DNA of 63,806 bases, counting the filler, from Choristocarpus tenellus KU-1152 (taxonomy: Eukaryota > Protista > Phaeophyceae), in NCBI GenBank assembly GCA_964200185.2. It is 10 parts of 10 records of this genome, joined end to end, with 100 filler letters (N's around TTAATTAATTAA, not from the genome) between each part and the next. Parts side by side here need not be neighbours in the genome. Positions count along the whole stretch, not along the records: positions 26,424 to 31,585 come from CAXNAD020011661.1; positions 31,686 to 36,303 come from CAXNAD020013774.1; positions 36,404 to 44,507 come from CAXNAD020005140.1; 7 more parts are not named here. One strand, written 5' to 3'. The translations under genes were made by a program, and so were the position numbers. The notes under the pieces were generated by a model. That model had not been told where the DNA came from. It ran no database searches and saw nothing but the letters and a program-made list of their open reading frames with translations. Position 1 is the stretch's first letter; every line of letters begins with the position of its first letter. Shown one piece after another: positions 27,346 to 40,915 of the stretch.

Positions 27346-29112
27346 GGTGCATTCTCATATTCAATATTCATCCCATGTCGATGGGGTTTACCGTTCGATA
27401 CATGTTAGCAAATGGCGGCCTTCAAGGAAAGCGCTACACCGTTCTCATGTACACAGCATCACTACGCCCTTTTCATATCCCGTTTGCATAGCCCACGCAT
27501 GGACACGAACCTTGCACTCCGTACAGATCCCGTCATCATTAATCACATAGTCTATCACTGTTCGTACGAAAACACCCTTGCTGTGATCGCCTAACAATAG
27601 CACCCACCCCTATGTCGATATCCCTCTCGTTTGCTAATACCGTTGCCGTCACATTTTCCCCCCTACCTTCACAGACAGTCGGCTGGAGGCCCAAGGAATC
27701 CTGAAGACCAAAAGACGACAGACTTGATCAGGTTGAACCTCAGAGCAACACGTACGATAGACCTGGTCACATCTGACTTCTTGTCACAGAAGTACAACGC
27801 CAACCTTCTTGACAACAGTAGAGTGGAGTCGATTTTCTCGAAGCTGGGGCCAGACCCACACGTTGCCACCAATAGGCTCGCGGGGATCCTGAGTGGGCAA
27901 CCTTCTTCACTCTGCTCGAGATGGCAAACCATAAGCGACTCTAAAGCCGACATGCGCAGGGCAAACGTGCCCTCTAGTGTACCCGATGGCAAACTACTTG
28001 CAAACTACTTGCAAACTACATCACCAACGGCAACCTGCACGTAAACGAGAATGGCGACGATAGGGATAAAGACGATGATGACAACCTCTTATTTTGCCTG
28101 AATGGACAAAACCGCATAATGGTACTGAGGAGAATCGAATGTGTCGTAAAGGAGGACAATGTCTCATGTAGCATCAACCTCCCGGCCCACATCACAACGC
28201 AATGGGTCTCGGACGTCGGAGCAAACCTCCAGATCGGCCATCACAGGAACTTCATGTGGAAGATCTATCCACACTGCAGCCGCGAAAAGGCTGAATCCAT
28301 TTCGATAGTAGAGAGTGTGGCGGCCAGTAGGTCGCATGTGCCCAACATTCTGCACATATTCCATTGGATGGTGTCTTGGGTTGCCGCTATCCTGGAGTAT
28401 AGGCGCAACTTCAGTTGCGACAGGTCCCACGCCTACGTCCAGGAGACGGAAGAGGACTCTGATCGTCGCACGCGCATGACGAAATTGGTCACCAGGTGCA
28501 ACCAGTACTGTCTGGGAGACATAGACTTCCGGAGTGCCGACGCCGTGTTACAGATGGCTATTAAGACGAGGGTAGCTGCCAAGATAAACGCATTCCTCAA
28601 AGAAGCTTGGGAGGACACACATGGAAGCTGGGATGAGTAGACTCACCGACCAAATCTCCGTCCAGTTCTTCAACTCGATCGCCACCCTTGTGTACATATG
28701 CGCGGGAGAAGGTGAGGTTCTCACGGCTCCTTCCACAGGAAACGATCCGTGAAACGATTGTGATGCATTGCCTACTTTTTGTCGCCCATATCCTTATTAA
28801 TTCCGCGTCGGTGATCCAACTAACCCGACCCCTTTCTTCCCCTCATTATGTTCCACCAGAGACTAAAGAACTGGAGGAGATCCTTCTCGGTGTGTGGAGA
28901 GAGCACAAGAAGCGCGACGGGTCAAGTGTAAGCACGGTGCAGCCATCCCCACATTTGTACATCCAATGCCCCATCACTAACGGTCCAACAACATCGTAGT
29001 AACCCCTGCCTTCGCATACTGAGCTTGAATTAACGTTTTATACATGTGTATCGCTATCGACCTTATGACATACGCCATCAACCAACAGACCCTCTCCTGC
29101 TCCCACGTTCTT

Positions 29113-29327
29113 GGGTGAAAGTATCTCAGAGGGTACGAGTTTTCCCATATTTGTCCATTTGTGGCTTGACTTCCCACAGTTTTTTTATAACATTTTCCTA
29201 CCCCGAAATGTTTCGGAGTAGGTAAAATGTGTATAACAAACACGATAGCCAAAATTACATCAAAATCACAACAATGAATTTTAATCCCCGAATGGACGCA
29301 GGTTTACCCTCTCAGATACTTTGACTC
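29113..29327 (+). mobile_element. MITE family A, internally deleted copy
   Basis: AAAGTATCTCAGAGGGTA...TACCCTCTCAGATACTTT; both TIRs read TCAGAG where other copies read TTAGAG. Confidence 0.85.
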
Positions 29328-30892
29328 TCTTCTGTCCTGATCATGCCACCTTATTCTCCACACACCCAACGCGCACCTGACTAGGACAAATTCGACTTTA
29401 GAGCGGTTCACATGTTCACTGTGCTGTGGTACGCTAACCCGGACGCCGCCATCAAATCCCTCAAGAACAGCAGGGGATTCACACACACCTACAGGTTGAA
29501 GGTGGGTTAAACATTCCCAACTAAGTAGTCCCTACACGATGCCACACTTGACATAGGGTAGACAGTAATGAAGGAATTTGATGTGTTCTGTCGAACGGTA
29601 AAGGCCATCAGTTTCTAAAGAACCCTAAGTTCGTAGGGCTCTGCTGCGCTCTACGCGCATCCCCTGGTAACCCTTCTCTAATTGATTCACTGTTAACCCC
29701 AAATCCTCCACATCCTCAAAGCTCGTTCTTTACAGGTCTCCTAACGACACACTATCGCACATTCGATGTACATGTAGCTCACAGACGAGGTTAAGGAGCA
29801 GTATTTCGCAAGATTGTGCACTGATGTCCTCGCTGGAGCCGGACTAGCCATCCTCAGAGGGGAGACTCCCCAAGGCCATTGCTGGCGCGACATTGTCGAG
29901 GTGACTGCGCACGTCTTCTTAGAGCAGGCAGACAAAAAATTGCCTACTGACGCGCTACTGACACGCTCTCGTTGACGTATGTTGTCGGGACGGAGACATT
30001 TCCAGAGGAATGGATAAGTCAATCTTTGACCGTGACGATTTAAGTAACGCATGGATGTATATGCATTTACCCCCTTGCTGACTCTGCAACAGCCACAATG
30101 TTTACCGTCTAGTTCGTGCCTCGCGAGACAGACACACCCATGCCATGCATGTAACTTACCGTTCCACTACCCATGTGCTTCTCCATGAGAGTTCTCCCAC
30201 ACTCTAAGGGGCGTCCGAAACTAACGGCCCCCGGCTGACCAGGAAAAAGGAAAGAAGACAAGAGGAAAGGGGAAGATAAACAGACCAGGGGTCGGCGATC
30301 CAGACCCTGCGTCTGCCACCCAGGCGGAGGAGGAGTGGGTATCTCAACCCTGGAACGTCCAATTGGCATACATAAGACGTATGCACACGAAGAATGTCCT
30401 CATCAAGAGGGCTGTCCTGGAGGTCGCCATACAAGTCATGAACGACCTTAAAAGGAAAGACGAGCTCGGGATAGACCCCTACGCCGCTGACTCCTCAGCA
30501 GGGTCTTCAGAAGAGGGTTCTCCAAAGAAAAATACATCCTCAGCAAGGAGGTACTCAACGGAGTGTGAGGTTCATCATCTCATCTGTCTACTATATTTGA
30601 GTTCGTATCTACCCACCTCACAATAAACCCTGATCGCGCACAATAATGTAACCCCATAAACTCCACAGGTGAAAAGGGACCTTGTGTTGAGGGAGGACAT
30701 GGAGGAAGGTACAAAATACCTGGATATCGTCAAATACTCTGAGGGCATTACCCTGAACACCAGTGACGAACACAGAGGCAAGCAATTACATCATTGTACA
30801 ACATCACCATATGTTAACATCCAAACATCGTTCCCTACACCAAACACACAACCTAGACCCTCGCAGATCTTACCGACGTTGGACAGTTTGAA

Positions 30893-31151
30893 GAGTGAAA
30901 GCATCTTAGAGGGTATGAGTTTTGCCCTGTTTGTCCATTTGGGGCTTGGCTTCCCATTGGTTTTCAATGACATTTTACCTACTCCAAAATATTTCGGAGC
31001 AGGTAAAATGTGTAAGTTATGAAAAGGTGTGTCCGACACATAGATATTGACACTTCCTAACAAACGCAATGGTCAAAATTACATCAAAATCGCAACATTG
31101 GATTTTGACCCTTAAGTGGACGCGGCTCTACCCTCTAAGATACTTTGGCTC
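30893..31151 (+). mobile_element. MITE family A, full copy
   Basis: Both TIRs, subterminal GTCCATTTGGGG box and central hairpin. Confidence 0.9.
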
Positions 31152-34079
31152 TGACAAAGAAAATTGTCACAGGGTTCTCCGGTTTTATATGTTGCAAAGT
31201 TGCTCGTCGAACAGATGGATTCATACTTTCGCTATGTTGTACCAATCGACAGAACCCAGCAAAAGAAGGGAAATATCTCGCGATTCATGCACTATAGACC
31301 TATATGCATCCTCTTCACTATATCTTACAAGCCCTACTTGTCTTCCTGATTTATGGGCTCAAATAATCCGCCCAAGTTTAATGAGCCGCACGTACTCTAA
31401 TCCATCCATCTTTTCCTTAGCCCCTGCCTTCTCCTCTGTATCCTGCCTCGCTTACTCCTTCTCACCAACCTCTACCTCATCCCTTGTCTCCTAACACTAA
31501 CACCTCTTCCCGTTGTTTGTTCGATTAGACTCTTCCAACTCTATCGGACAGTTACGGTAAAATATGTATGGAGTAATGGAAAAATNNNNNNNNNNNNNNN
31601 NNNNNNNNNNNNNNNNNNNNNNNNNNNNNTTAATTAATTAANNNNNNNNNNNNNNNNNNNNNNNNNNNNNNNNNNNNNNNNNNNNAGTGAAAATGCAAAT
31701 GCACTTTTCCTTTATTTCGCCCAAATGAGCAACCTGGAGGAGACCCCCCCCCCCCCCAGATACTTTGGATCTCAATGTTTTTCACGTTTGTGACAAATTT
31801 GACCTCTTTAGGGACTTTTCTAACATGTGAATAGTTTTTTCTTGTTTTTTTCCCTGACACATCTACAAAATGTCAGAAGGCATAATAAAAATATATATTA
31901 TGTCAAAACTTAGTATTGCTAATATTTGATATTTTTCCAATATTATGATAGTATAGGGAGAAATATCCCTCACATTTACAACTCTTACTTTTATAGGGGT
32001 CCTCATTATATTGAATTGGCTTTTCCCCTGACAAATCTGCAAAATATCAGGACATAATAATATGTAGTATACAATATTCAAGATACAAGCAGAGTGAACG
32101 TTGAATAGGGAACGATGCCATCAATATGATCCGCCCGACTTAAAAAATGTCTTAACATGACTGTGACCACCAAACAACCTTACACAGATTCAAATACGAC
32201 AGAACCCATACAGCCCAGCACCGCCATATGGCTGACTGCTAACTGCACGACCCAGTGAAACACCCTGCACTATCAACCCGTTGTAGCTCTGAGGTAGCTC
32301 TACAAGTTACCATGTCTTACGATTCAGTTACGGGTACAGTAAATAGTACTTCTTCTCACCCCAAATATAAGCTACATTCAGACAAAAATCTATGATGATT
32401 TATACCGGTTATTAATGTAGCTTATATTTTGAGCCAGAGGAAGTAAAAACTCTTGAGGTACTCAATGTACCATACACATCCTCTGCCTTGACCTACACAC
32501 TACATAATGACATAACTCACATTATACGTATGTCTCAGTGTAACTAATGCATCCTATTTGCAATCTACAAGATCTGCCTGTGTTGTGGTCACAAAATATT
32601 CTAGTCAGTCAGGTGATATATGTTTCAACGTGGTCTGCACTTCATACTGCATTTAAGCACAAAATATTCTTCACTGCATTCCTAGCATTGTGCTTCAGAG
32701 TGTATGTATTCATCCAATGTGACGGCCAGAAGCACGTGTCGCTTGTTAACACTATCACCATTGTTTCACTGGTGGTGTTCCGCAACTGGAATTGGCACTA
32801 GAGAACACGATTATTTAATTAGACAACACATTCAAAGTGGTTAACCACCCTCAATAAAATATATGATACACAATAGGGTATAGAGATTCACAAGTCTGAA
32901 GACTACATCAGTAGATAGGTAGAAGGGCCTTCACAAAATAAGCATGACCTGGTTCCTTGCCCTTTTGACACAAAAGGATGACCAGCCAGCCACAATGAAG
33001 ACAACACTTCTTAAAACCGACATTCTAGACAAAGAAAGCACCACCCAATAACCCAGAAATACTCTAAGACGGTACATATCCCTACACAAGCGTATGATGC
33101 TGCCAAGTCTACACATTTATGACCATCCTCTCTTCTATTTTGCACCTTAACAACAAAAATCAATTGTACACACTAAGAAAAATAGACACAGCACACAACC
33201 TTGCTGAATGAACAATATGTATCCATCGAATCCGGGTGGTATAATCTTTGTTGTTGCCCTAGTTTCTCTTCTGCTTGTCCCTGTCCTCCTTCTCCACCTG
33301 ACGGATGGGCCCACTAATCTCCCAAATATCACCACCCAAAGAGGGCGAGGTCAGAGTTCTGGGTCTAAGTCCTCCAGGTGACAACTCTCTAAAGATGGGG
33401 CGACAAGCCAGACTGACTTCAGCCTCCCCCCACAACGCTCCCCCAACTCCTCTGACATTGAACTATCATCAATCCTCTTCCTGTTGGTTGACTGCTAAGA
33501 AGAGGATCCTTCAATTTGACAAGGGACCACTGGGGTGATGGTGGTGGATGGAAGCTCCAAGGATTCTGATGGTGAGTGGGAAAGGTAACGAATCCTGTTT
33601 TTTTCCTCACTTAGAAAAAAAAACTCCAGGAGTGAGGCACCAAGGAGTTGGGACATTTGAGGTCATTGTTATACACACTTTGCTGAACAACAAAGTGTAG
33701 TGTAGAGTGTTATGGTGCTTCTTTTGGAGTAGACAGCTGATACTGTTTAAAATGGTGTCTAATTGCTCTGTGTTGGTTTGATTTTTGAAACAGCTCTAGA
33801 TCATAGTTTCCAATCTAGGAGACTTTTCACATCTAGCAGGCTGTGCTACCAGAAGATCTTCCATAGTCAAATGTTGAGGCTTCTCTTGGAAACAACTGCT
33901 ACATTTGCCAGGCAGTTGTGTTATGTCACCTGACAAAATAAAATACTCCTGATGTTGTAGGACAAAAACATAGCATCAAGGTATCGTAAGCACAGCAACA
34001 TAAACACATTTACTTGAGGTACGTGTAAATATTCTTTATGCATACTAAGTGTACTGTATATATTTCGTTTTGATCTCAC

Positions 34080-35579
34080 CTCCCACTCTTCATCCCCGTA
34101 GAGTACAAAGTGCTCGCCTGAAATCGGCTCAAATACCTGGAGAGTTATGGGCAGCAACACATCATCACATAATTTTGAAGGGAGGGGGGTTTGCGGCAAG
34201 TGGGTTGTTGAAAAGGTCAGTTACAAAAAAATACCCACCACCTCATCAACAAAAAGCATAATACATTTCAAGTATTTGAAAACGCAGACACTTGAGTTTT
34301 CATGGGAATTGAATAAAATGCACGCCTCCCCTAGCTTTGAGAACACCTCCATGGTATTAACATGAGGTACAAAATATAAGCACAAGCAAAAAATAAGCGT
34401 TATGCTCTATGCAACTAAACCCTTCTACTGTCCTATTTGTACTCAAAAGTTAGACTATACCTATAACTGAGATTCCACAGCAAATATCATATGCTAAGAT
34501 TATGTTGAAACCTCTGTACCACCAACCCAATAACAGTGTGTGTGTGTGTGTGTTCAAAGGTAAAACATATCACCGTTCACAATAAGCCAACACTCTAGCA
34601 CTTCAATACCCACCTTCACAATCCCAGGAAACCACTTTCCCTCTCCCTCCCAGTGGCTCAAAGTATCTGGGGGGGGGGGGTAGCGGCTGTCCATTTGGGG
34701 TCAAAAAAAAATTTCGCGATTTTTGTGTGATTTGGTTACATGCGTCGGATGGATGATGTAAATGCACTTTTCCTGATTTTGGTCCAAATGGGCACCCTGG
34801 TGTAGCCACCCCCCCCCTACAGATACTTTGGGTCAGTAGGCACTTAACACAGTGCCCAATGAAAGCCTCAGAGTGGCCAAGAACACACCCTTGGCAGTAC
34901 CAGTGCTTTCATGAGAACTGTCAGGCTCTTCCACAGCAGGCTTGCAGTTGTGTGCAAACCAATCTATGCAGATGTCTTGCACTGTATGCAGAATATTCTG
35001 AGGCAAGCCTGAAGTGGAAGAAACTGAAGGTGCTCAAGAAAGCCACTGGTATTGCCAAGGGTGTATTGCACGCGAGTCAATTATCTAAAAGAAACTGTTC
35101 AGATCAACAAACATTTAAAACAACAGAGAATATTATTCAATGCAAAGAAAATTCATCACCACAAATTAACATTAAAAGAAAACCGGAATAATGGACAAAA
35201 ACGGAAGCACTTTCGCTTACCTTGTTAACACAAATACACAAATGGCACCTTCAAAATCCACAGAATAAAACATCCAATTGTGCACTATGAAACTGACAGA
35301 AAAAGAATTATTGTATCAAAGCATATATTCAAGGTGTGGAATTCATGTGTGGACCAACGTAGTACAGAAAATACCATTCAATACTCAATACTCACCACAA
35401 TACATGTGAACTCACCTCTCAAACTGACTACATCCTGCGAGACTCAGCAACAATTTCCTTGACCTTCCCCTTCCTCTTCCCCAAGTTAGATGCGAGGGAA
35501 GGGGGGGGCAAGCCACCGTATTACCTCTATTTGTTGGATCCAAAGTGGTACCCATTCTTGCCCTCCCTACAACGCCATC
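34080..35579 (-). CDS. Possible exons of an unidentified gene (~35579-35525, ~35008-34902, ~34136-34080)
   Basis: Short open segments bounded by AG/GT (DGVVGRARMGTTLDPTNR; LPQNILHTVQDICIDWFAHNCK; VFEPISGEHFVLYGDEEWE). The phases do not all join and no homology is recognised. Confidence 0.25.
34655..34834. mobile_element. MITE family B, full copy
   Basis: GGCTCAAAGTATCTG(G)n...(C)nTACAGATACTTTGGGTC, flanked by AGT on both sides. Confidence 0.9.
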
Positions 35580-36069
35580 CTAATCCCAAGGACCAGAACA
35601 GTAAACATGCATACATATAGGGAGTCAATTTCAGCAAGTATGATTGCCAGCCACAAGGGAAAACAAGGAGGTGGGAAAGAGAAGAGGTATCACATATATA
35701 GAGTAATGAAGAAATGGTCACCAAACACTTCACACCTCAGACAAGGTAACAGTCAAAACTACTGTTAACCTGGAAATCTTGGTCAAATTTAACCTGTAAC
35801 ATATTTGTCAGGAATGCACTTGGAGCATCTTTGTCCAATGCATTCCTTTTATTGGACAAAGGTTACTCTTAAATAACAATTTTCCCAGGACAATACTCAG
35901 GATCATTTGTTAGCATAACGTTCTGTTCTAGAGGGCAACACTCAAGCCCATTTCCCCGCAATGTATGTTGCTGCAACAAATTTATGACTAGTTCACTACA
36001 ATAATGTCTGATTGTATAGACAAGACTTTGTCATGTATAAGAGCTGAGATGGTGTTATGTAACTGTCAT

Positions 36070-36303
36070 GAGTCAAAGTAGAGGGTAGAGCCGTGTCCAT
36101 TTGGGAGCGAAATCCAATGTTGCAATTTTGATGTAATTTTGGCAATCGTGCTTATTAGGAGATGTCAATATCCATTTTCCGAACACAGCTTTTTATAGCA
36201 TATAAATTATTACTACTCTGAAATATTTCGGAGTTGGAAAATGTAAAAAAAAAAAAACATGGGAAGCCAAGTCCCAAATGGACAAACAGGGCAAAACTCG
36301 TAC
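36070..36303 (-). mobile_element. MITE family A, cut by contig end
   Basis: Reverse-orientation family A sequence running into the spacer. Confidence 0.85.
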
Positions 36304-37203
36304 NNNNNNNNNNNNNNNNNNNNNNNNNNNNNNNNNNNNNNNNNNNNTTAATTAATTAANNNNNNNNNNNNNNNNNNNNNNNNNNNNNNNNNNNNNNNNN
36401 NNNCCCCCCAGATACTTTGAGCCACAACACATATTTACGCTATGTAATGCCCATAGTTTGAAGTACATCTAGTACTCTGAAGTAGTAAGTAGCAGACACT
36501 GACTGGCAAGGATCACTCCTACTTACAAAATATGGACCTAAAACTTCAACGCTTCAGGCAAACAAATGGAAAGGTACAGAGAAAAAATCCCAAATGTCTG
36601 TCATACACATCAGCAAAATATATATTTGGAAGTCGTTTGGTCAAGATCGGTATGGTTGTAGACAGACTGCAACAACAATCCGCCTACAACTTCAATGCCT
36701 CTCCCTTCAGTAGGCTTTCAGTGTATGCTTGAAGCTTGGTTAGTTTATTGAGAGTGACCCTACTACATGATTCAGATCGACAAACTCAAAAAAATATCAA
36801 TACCCAACACCAATGACATTTATTTGTGTGACAACTCAATCTGGGTCTACAATACCCCAAGAACCCAGAACGATACAAATACAAAGCATCAAGTGCAAGC
36901 TCAACAAGAGCGCAGAATATCAACCCCTCTTGAGTTGAATTAGCGAGGAAAATATTGGAAAATGCAGCCATACTCAATTCAAAGACCAACCTGATAACAT
37001 TGCAAAAGGCGGATAGACTCGGCTCAAATACTAATCTCATAAACACGTTAGATTGCCTGGCGCACTTTGATGGGTAGTTTCGGTTTCAACTGTTTCAGGA
37101 TGCACGATCTAAGTAGAGGCCTGTTACCTTGTAAAGAATGGTCCTAGGTGTACTCCAGTAACAACTCTGAATATCTCCTCCAGTTGTATATCGAGGTACT
37201 CAG

Positions 37204-40131
37204 GGCTAACGGTGAAACAACAGTTTCGGATCCATCCAGGCTATGTCTAACTGATACTTAGAATATATTGTGTAAGATCTAAGCTATTAAGTATCCATTG
37301 GTATGTGATGAATGTAGGGCAGGAGTAACAGTCAAAGAACAGTCTCGGATCAATCCGAGGTATATGTAACTGATCCTTAGAACATATCTTTCAAAACAAT
37401 GCCCCTCGAGTTGTCATTGTTAATGGTGAGCGTAGGGAGGGAGTAACGGTCACACAATACCCAAGCGATGTGTAACTGATACTTAGAACATTTTGTACAG
37501 AATGTCGCCCCTCAAGTCACTATTGGTATGTAGTTAGTGTGAGGAAGGAGCAACGGTAAAACAACAATTGTGTATCCAACCAAGCGATGTGTAATTGATA
37601 CTTAGAATATCAATAATTCAAAACTTCGCCCCTCAAGTCATCATTAGTACATGATGAGTGTATGACGGGAGAAACGGTCAAACAACAGTCCTGGATCCAT
37701 TCAAGCGATGTGTAACTGATACTTAGGATACATCGTTCAAGAAATTGCCCATCGAGTCAGCTTTAGCACGTGGTGGGTTTAGCGCGATAGTAGCGGTCAG
37801 GCAATAGTCCTGGATCAATCCAAGCGAGGTGTAACTGATACTTAGAATGTATCGTTCAAAATGTAGCCCCTCAAGTCACCATTGGCATGTGGTCAGTTTG
37901 GGAGGGAGTAACGGTCAAACAACAATCTTGGATCAATCAAAAACGATGTGTAACTGGTACTTAGAATATATAGCTCAAACCATGGCACCTCAGGACACCA
38001 CTGGTGTTGAGTGAGTGTAGGGTGGGAGTAATCCTCAAACAACAGTCTTGGATCTATCCAAGCGATGTGCAACTGAAACTTAGAATATATCGTTCAAGAC
38101 ATTGCCCCTCAAGTCACCATTGGCATGTGGCGAGTGTTGGGCAGGAGCAACTGTCAAACAACAATATTGAAACTATCAAAGCGATGTATAACTGATACTT
38201 AGAATGTACCGTTCAAGGCATTGCCCCTCAAGTCACCATTAGTATGTGACGAGTGTGAGGGAGGAACATTAAAACCGCAATCTTGGATCCATCCAATGGA
38301 TGTATAAGTGATACTTACAATACATCATGTAAACCACCGATCCTTAAGTCACCATTGGTATGTGTTGAGTGTAGGACGGAAGTAACGGCCAAATAACACT
38401 CTTGGATCCATCCAAGGGATAGGTTTCTGATACTTAGAAAAACTGCTTCAAAACGTCGCCCCTCAAGACAGCATTGGAATGTGGTGAGTTTTGGGAGGGA
38501 GTAACAGAAAAAAATCATTCTTGGATCAATCCAAGATGTGTGTACCTGACACTTAGGACATATCGTTCAAGACATTGCCCCTCCAATTACCATTTCCATG
38601 TGGTAAGTGTAGGGTGAAAGTAAAGGTCAACAACAGTCTTCGATCCATCTAAGCAATGTGTAACTGATACTTAGAATATATTGCTCTAACCATGGTCCTT
38701 CAAGTAACCATTGGCACGTGGTGGGCGTAGGGGGGGAGAAACGGTCCAGCAACAGTCTTAGATCAACATGCAATGTGTAACTGATACTTACCTTATAATT
38801 TTTAATACGTGGTCCCTTAAGTCACCATTGTCATGTGATAAGTGCAGGTCAGGAGAAACGGTCAAACAACAATCTTTGACCAGTTCAAGATATGTGTAAC
38901 TGATGCTTAGAGTATATTTCTCTAACCATGGTCCTTCAAGTAACCATTGGCACGTGGTGGGCGTAGGGGGGGAGAAACGGTCCAGCAACAGTCTTAGATC
39001 GACCCATGCAATATGTAACTGATACTTACCTCATAATTTTTAATACGTAGTCCCTCAAGTCACCACTGTCATGTGATAAGTGCAGGTCGGGAGAAACGGC
39101 CAAACAACAATGTTTGATCAGTTCAAGAGATGTGTAACTGATACTTATAATATATAGTTCCAAACGTCGCCCCTCAGATTACCATTGGTATGTGGTTAGT
39201 GAAGGGCGGGAGAAACAGTCAAACTTTGTCTTGGATCCATTAATGCAATATGTAACTGATAGTTAGAACATAATATACTACGAAACATAACCAATTTTTG
39301 ATGTGTGGAGGTCGGGAGTAACGGTCAAACAATAGTCCTGGATCTATCTAAGCGATGTGTAATTGATACTTAGAATATATCGTTCAAAATATTTCTTTTC
39401 AAGACACCATTGGTATGTGGTGAGTGCAGGGCTGGAGTAAAGGTCAAACAACAATCCTGGATACATCCAAGCGATGTATAACTGATGCTTAGAATATATC
39501 GTTCATAACATCGCCCCTTAAGTCAACGTTAGGAGGTGGTGAGTGCAGGGCGGTAGTAACGGTGAAATAAAAGTCTTCGATCCATCCAAGCGATGTGTAA
39601 TCGATACTTAGGGTATATCGTCTAAAACATTGCCTTTAAAGTCACCATTGGCATGTGGTGCGCTTGTGCGGGAGTAACGGTCAAACAATAATCCTGGATC
39701 TATCTAAGCGATGTGTAATTGATACTTAGAATATATCGTTCAAAATATTTCTTTTCAAGACACCATTGGTATGCGGTGAGTGCAGGGCTGGAGTAACGGT
39801 CAAACAACAGTCTTGGATACATCCAAGCGATGTCTAATTGATACTAAGGATATATCATTTAAAACATCGGCCCTCAAGTCACCATTAGCATGTGGTGAGT
39901 GCAGGTTGTGAGTAACGGTCAAACGACAGTCTTGGATCAATTCAAGCGATTCTTGAATATATAGTTCAATACATTTTCCCTTCGTCACCATTCATATGTG
40001 GTTAGTGCAGGATGGGAGAAACGGTCAAACATTAGTCTTAGATCAATTCAAGCGATGCGTATTTGATACTTGAAATATATTGTTTAAAACATTGCTCAAG
40101 TCACCATTGGTATGTGGTGAGTGTAGCGTGG
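37204..40131. repeat. Tandem array of about 25 diverged 119-bp units, each with three hairpins
   Basis: The TGATACTTAG-type motif recurs at 37252, 37371, 37477, 37596, 37717, 37836, 37955, 38074, 38193 and on to ~40064; modal period 119 bp. Confidence 0.95.
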
Positions 40132-40915
40132 GGTCGATCTCTGGATGATACTCCCCTGTTCAACTACGGATCTCTACCAGTGTTTATCACTATAGGTCTT
40201 GGAAAGAACATCAACGGGATATGAGAAGGCAATGAGGGATACGATAATGGATAACCCTGCCTCCCACAAATGGATGCCATGCATGTAGTTGCAGTTCAAC
40301 AATTTCAGTAACGGTACTTCGTAGTACTAGTATGAGAAGAGTAGTGCTTTTGACCACGGCTTGGGATGGTCCTCAGAATTAAGCGAAGTCGACAATAATA
40401 ATAAACGATCAGAATAGCTCACTAAAGGATAATCTGATTGGTCAAATTGTTTCTCGGGTCCTACCTTCTGTATCAATTGAGTATTCATGGGAACCCTATC
40501 ACAAAATGAACTCACATTGACCCTTCTAGGGATAGAACGGTCTTTTGGGTAGGAAATTTGAGCTGCCAGTCGATAAGAGACAATATCGGGAGATGTAATA
40601 AGATTCTTTGTGAGTCACTTAAAGCAGTACAAATAGGATTTTGGGAAATGAAACAAAGAAAATTGCTTGCTACCAGTCCAGCGCAATATTGGAAACCTCA
40701 CAGCCCTGAAGAGCAAAACCGCGAGAAGAGGAAAACAACTTATTATCTCAATCTTGTGCCTCAACAACATTAGTATACAAAACACACAGTGCTGTGGTGT
40801 ATCCATGTCTCACAAGGGGAGTGTGATCCAGCCGCAAACAAAGGTAGTTTGCTCTGACTGCTGTACAGAAAAAAATCTCCCGAACACAGGATGGTAAGTC
40901 TCTAACAATATCCCA

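Noticed and set aside
26780-27550. 256-aa ORF with an internal repeat
   Set aside because: Explained by the 234-bp tandem duplication staying in frame; composition is not protein-like.
37650-37682. Hammerhead core in the array (TGATGAG...GAAACGGTC)
   Set aside because: Present in only one unit; the consensus is TGGTGAG...GTAAC, and stems I and II do not form.
37204-40131. CRISPR array or integron attC cassette array
   Set aside because: The whole 119-bp unit is homologous between copies, with no unique spacers or cassettes. There is no cas gene or integron integrase, and the context is eukaryotic.
37204-40131. 5S rRNA tandem genes (unit length matches 5S)
   Set aside because: Neither strand shows 5S sequence motifs or its fold, there are no spacers or T-run terminators, and the copies are too diverged.
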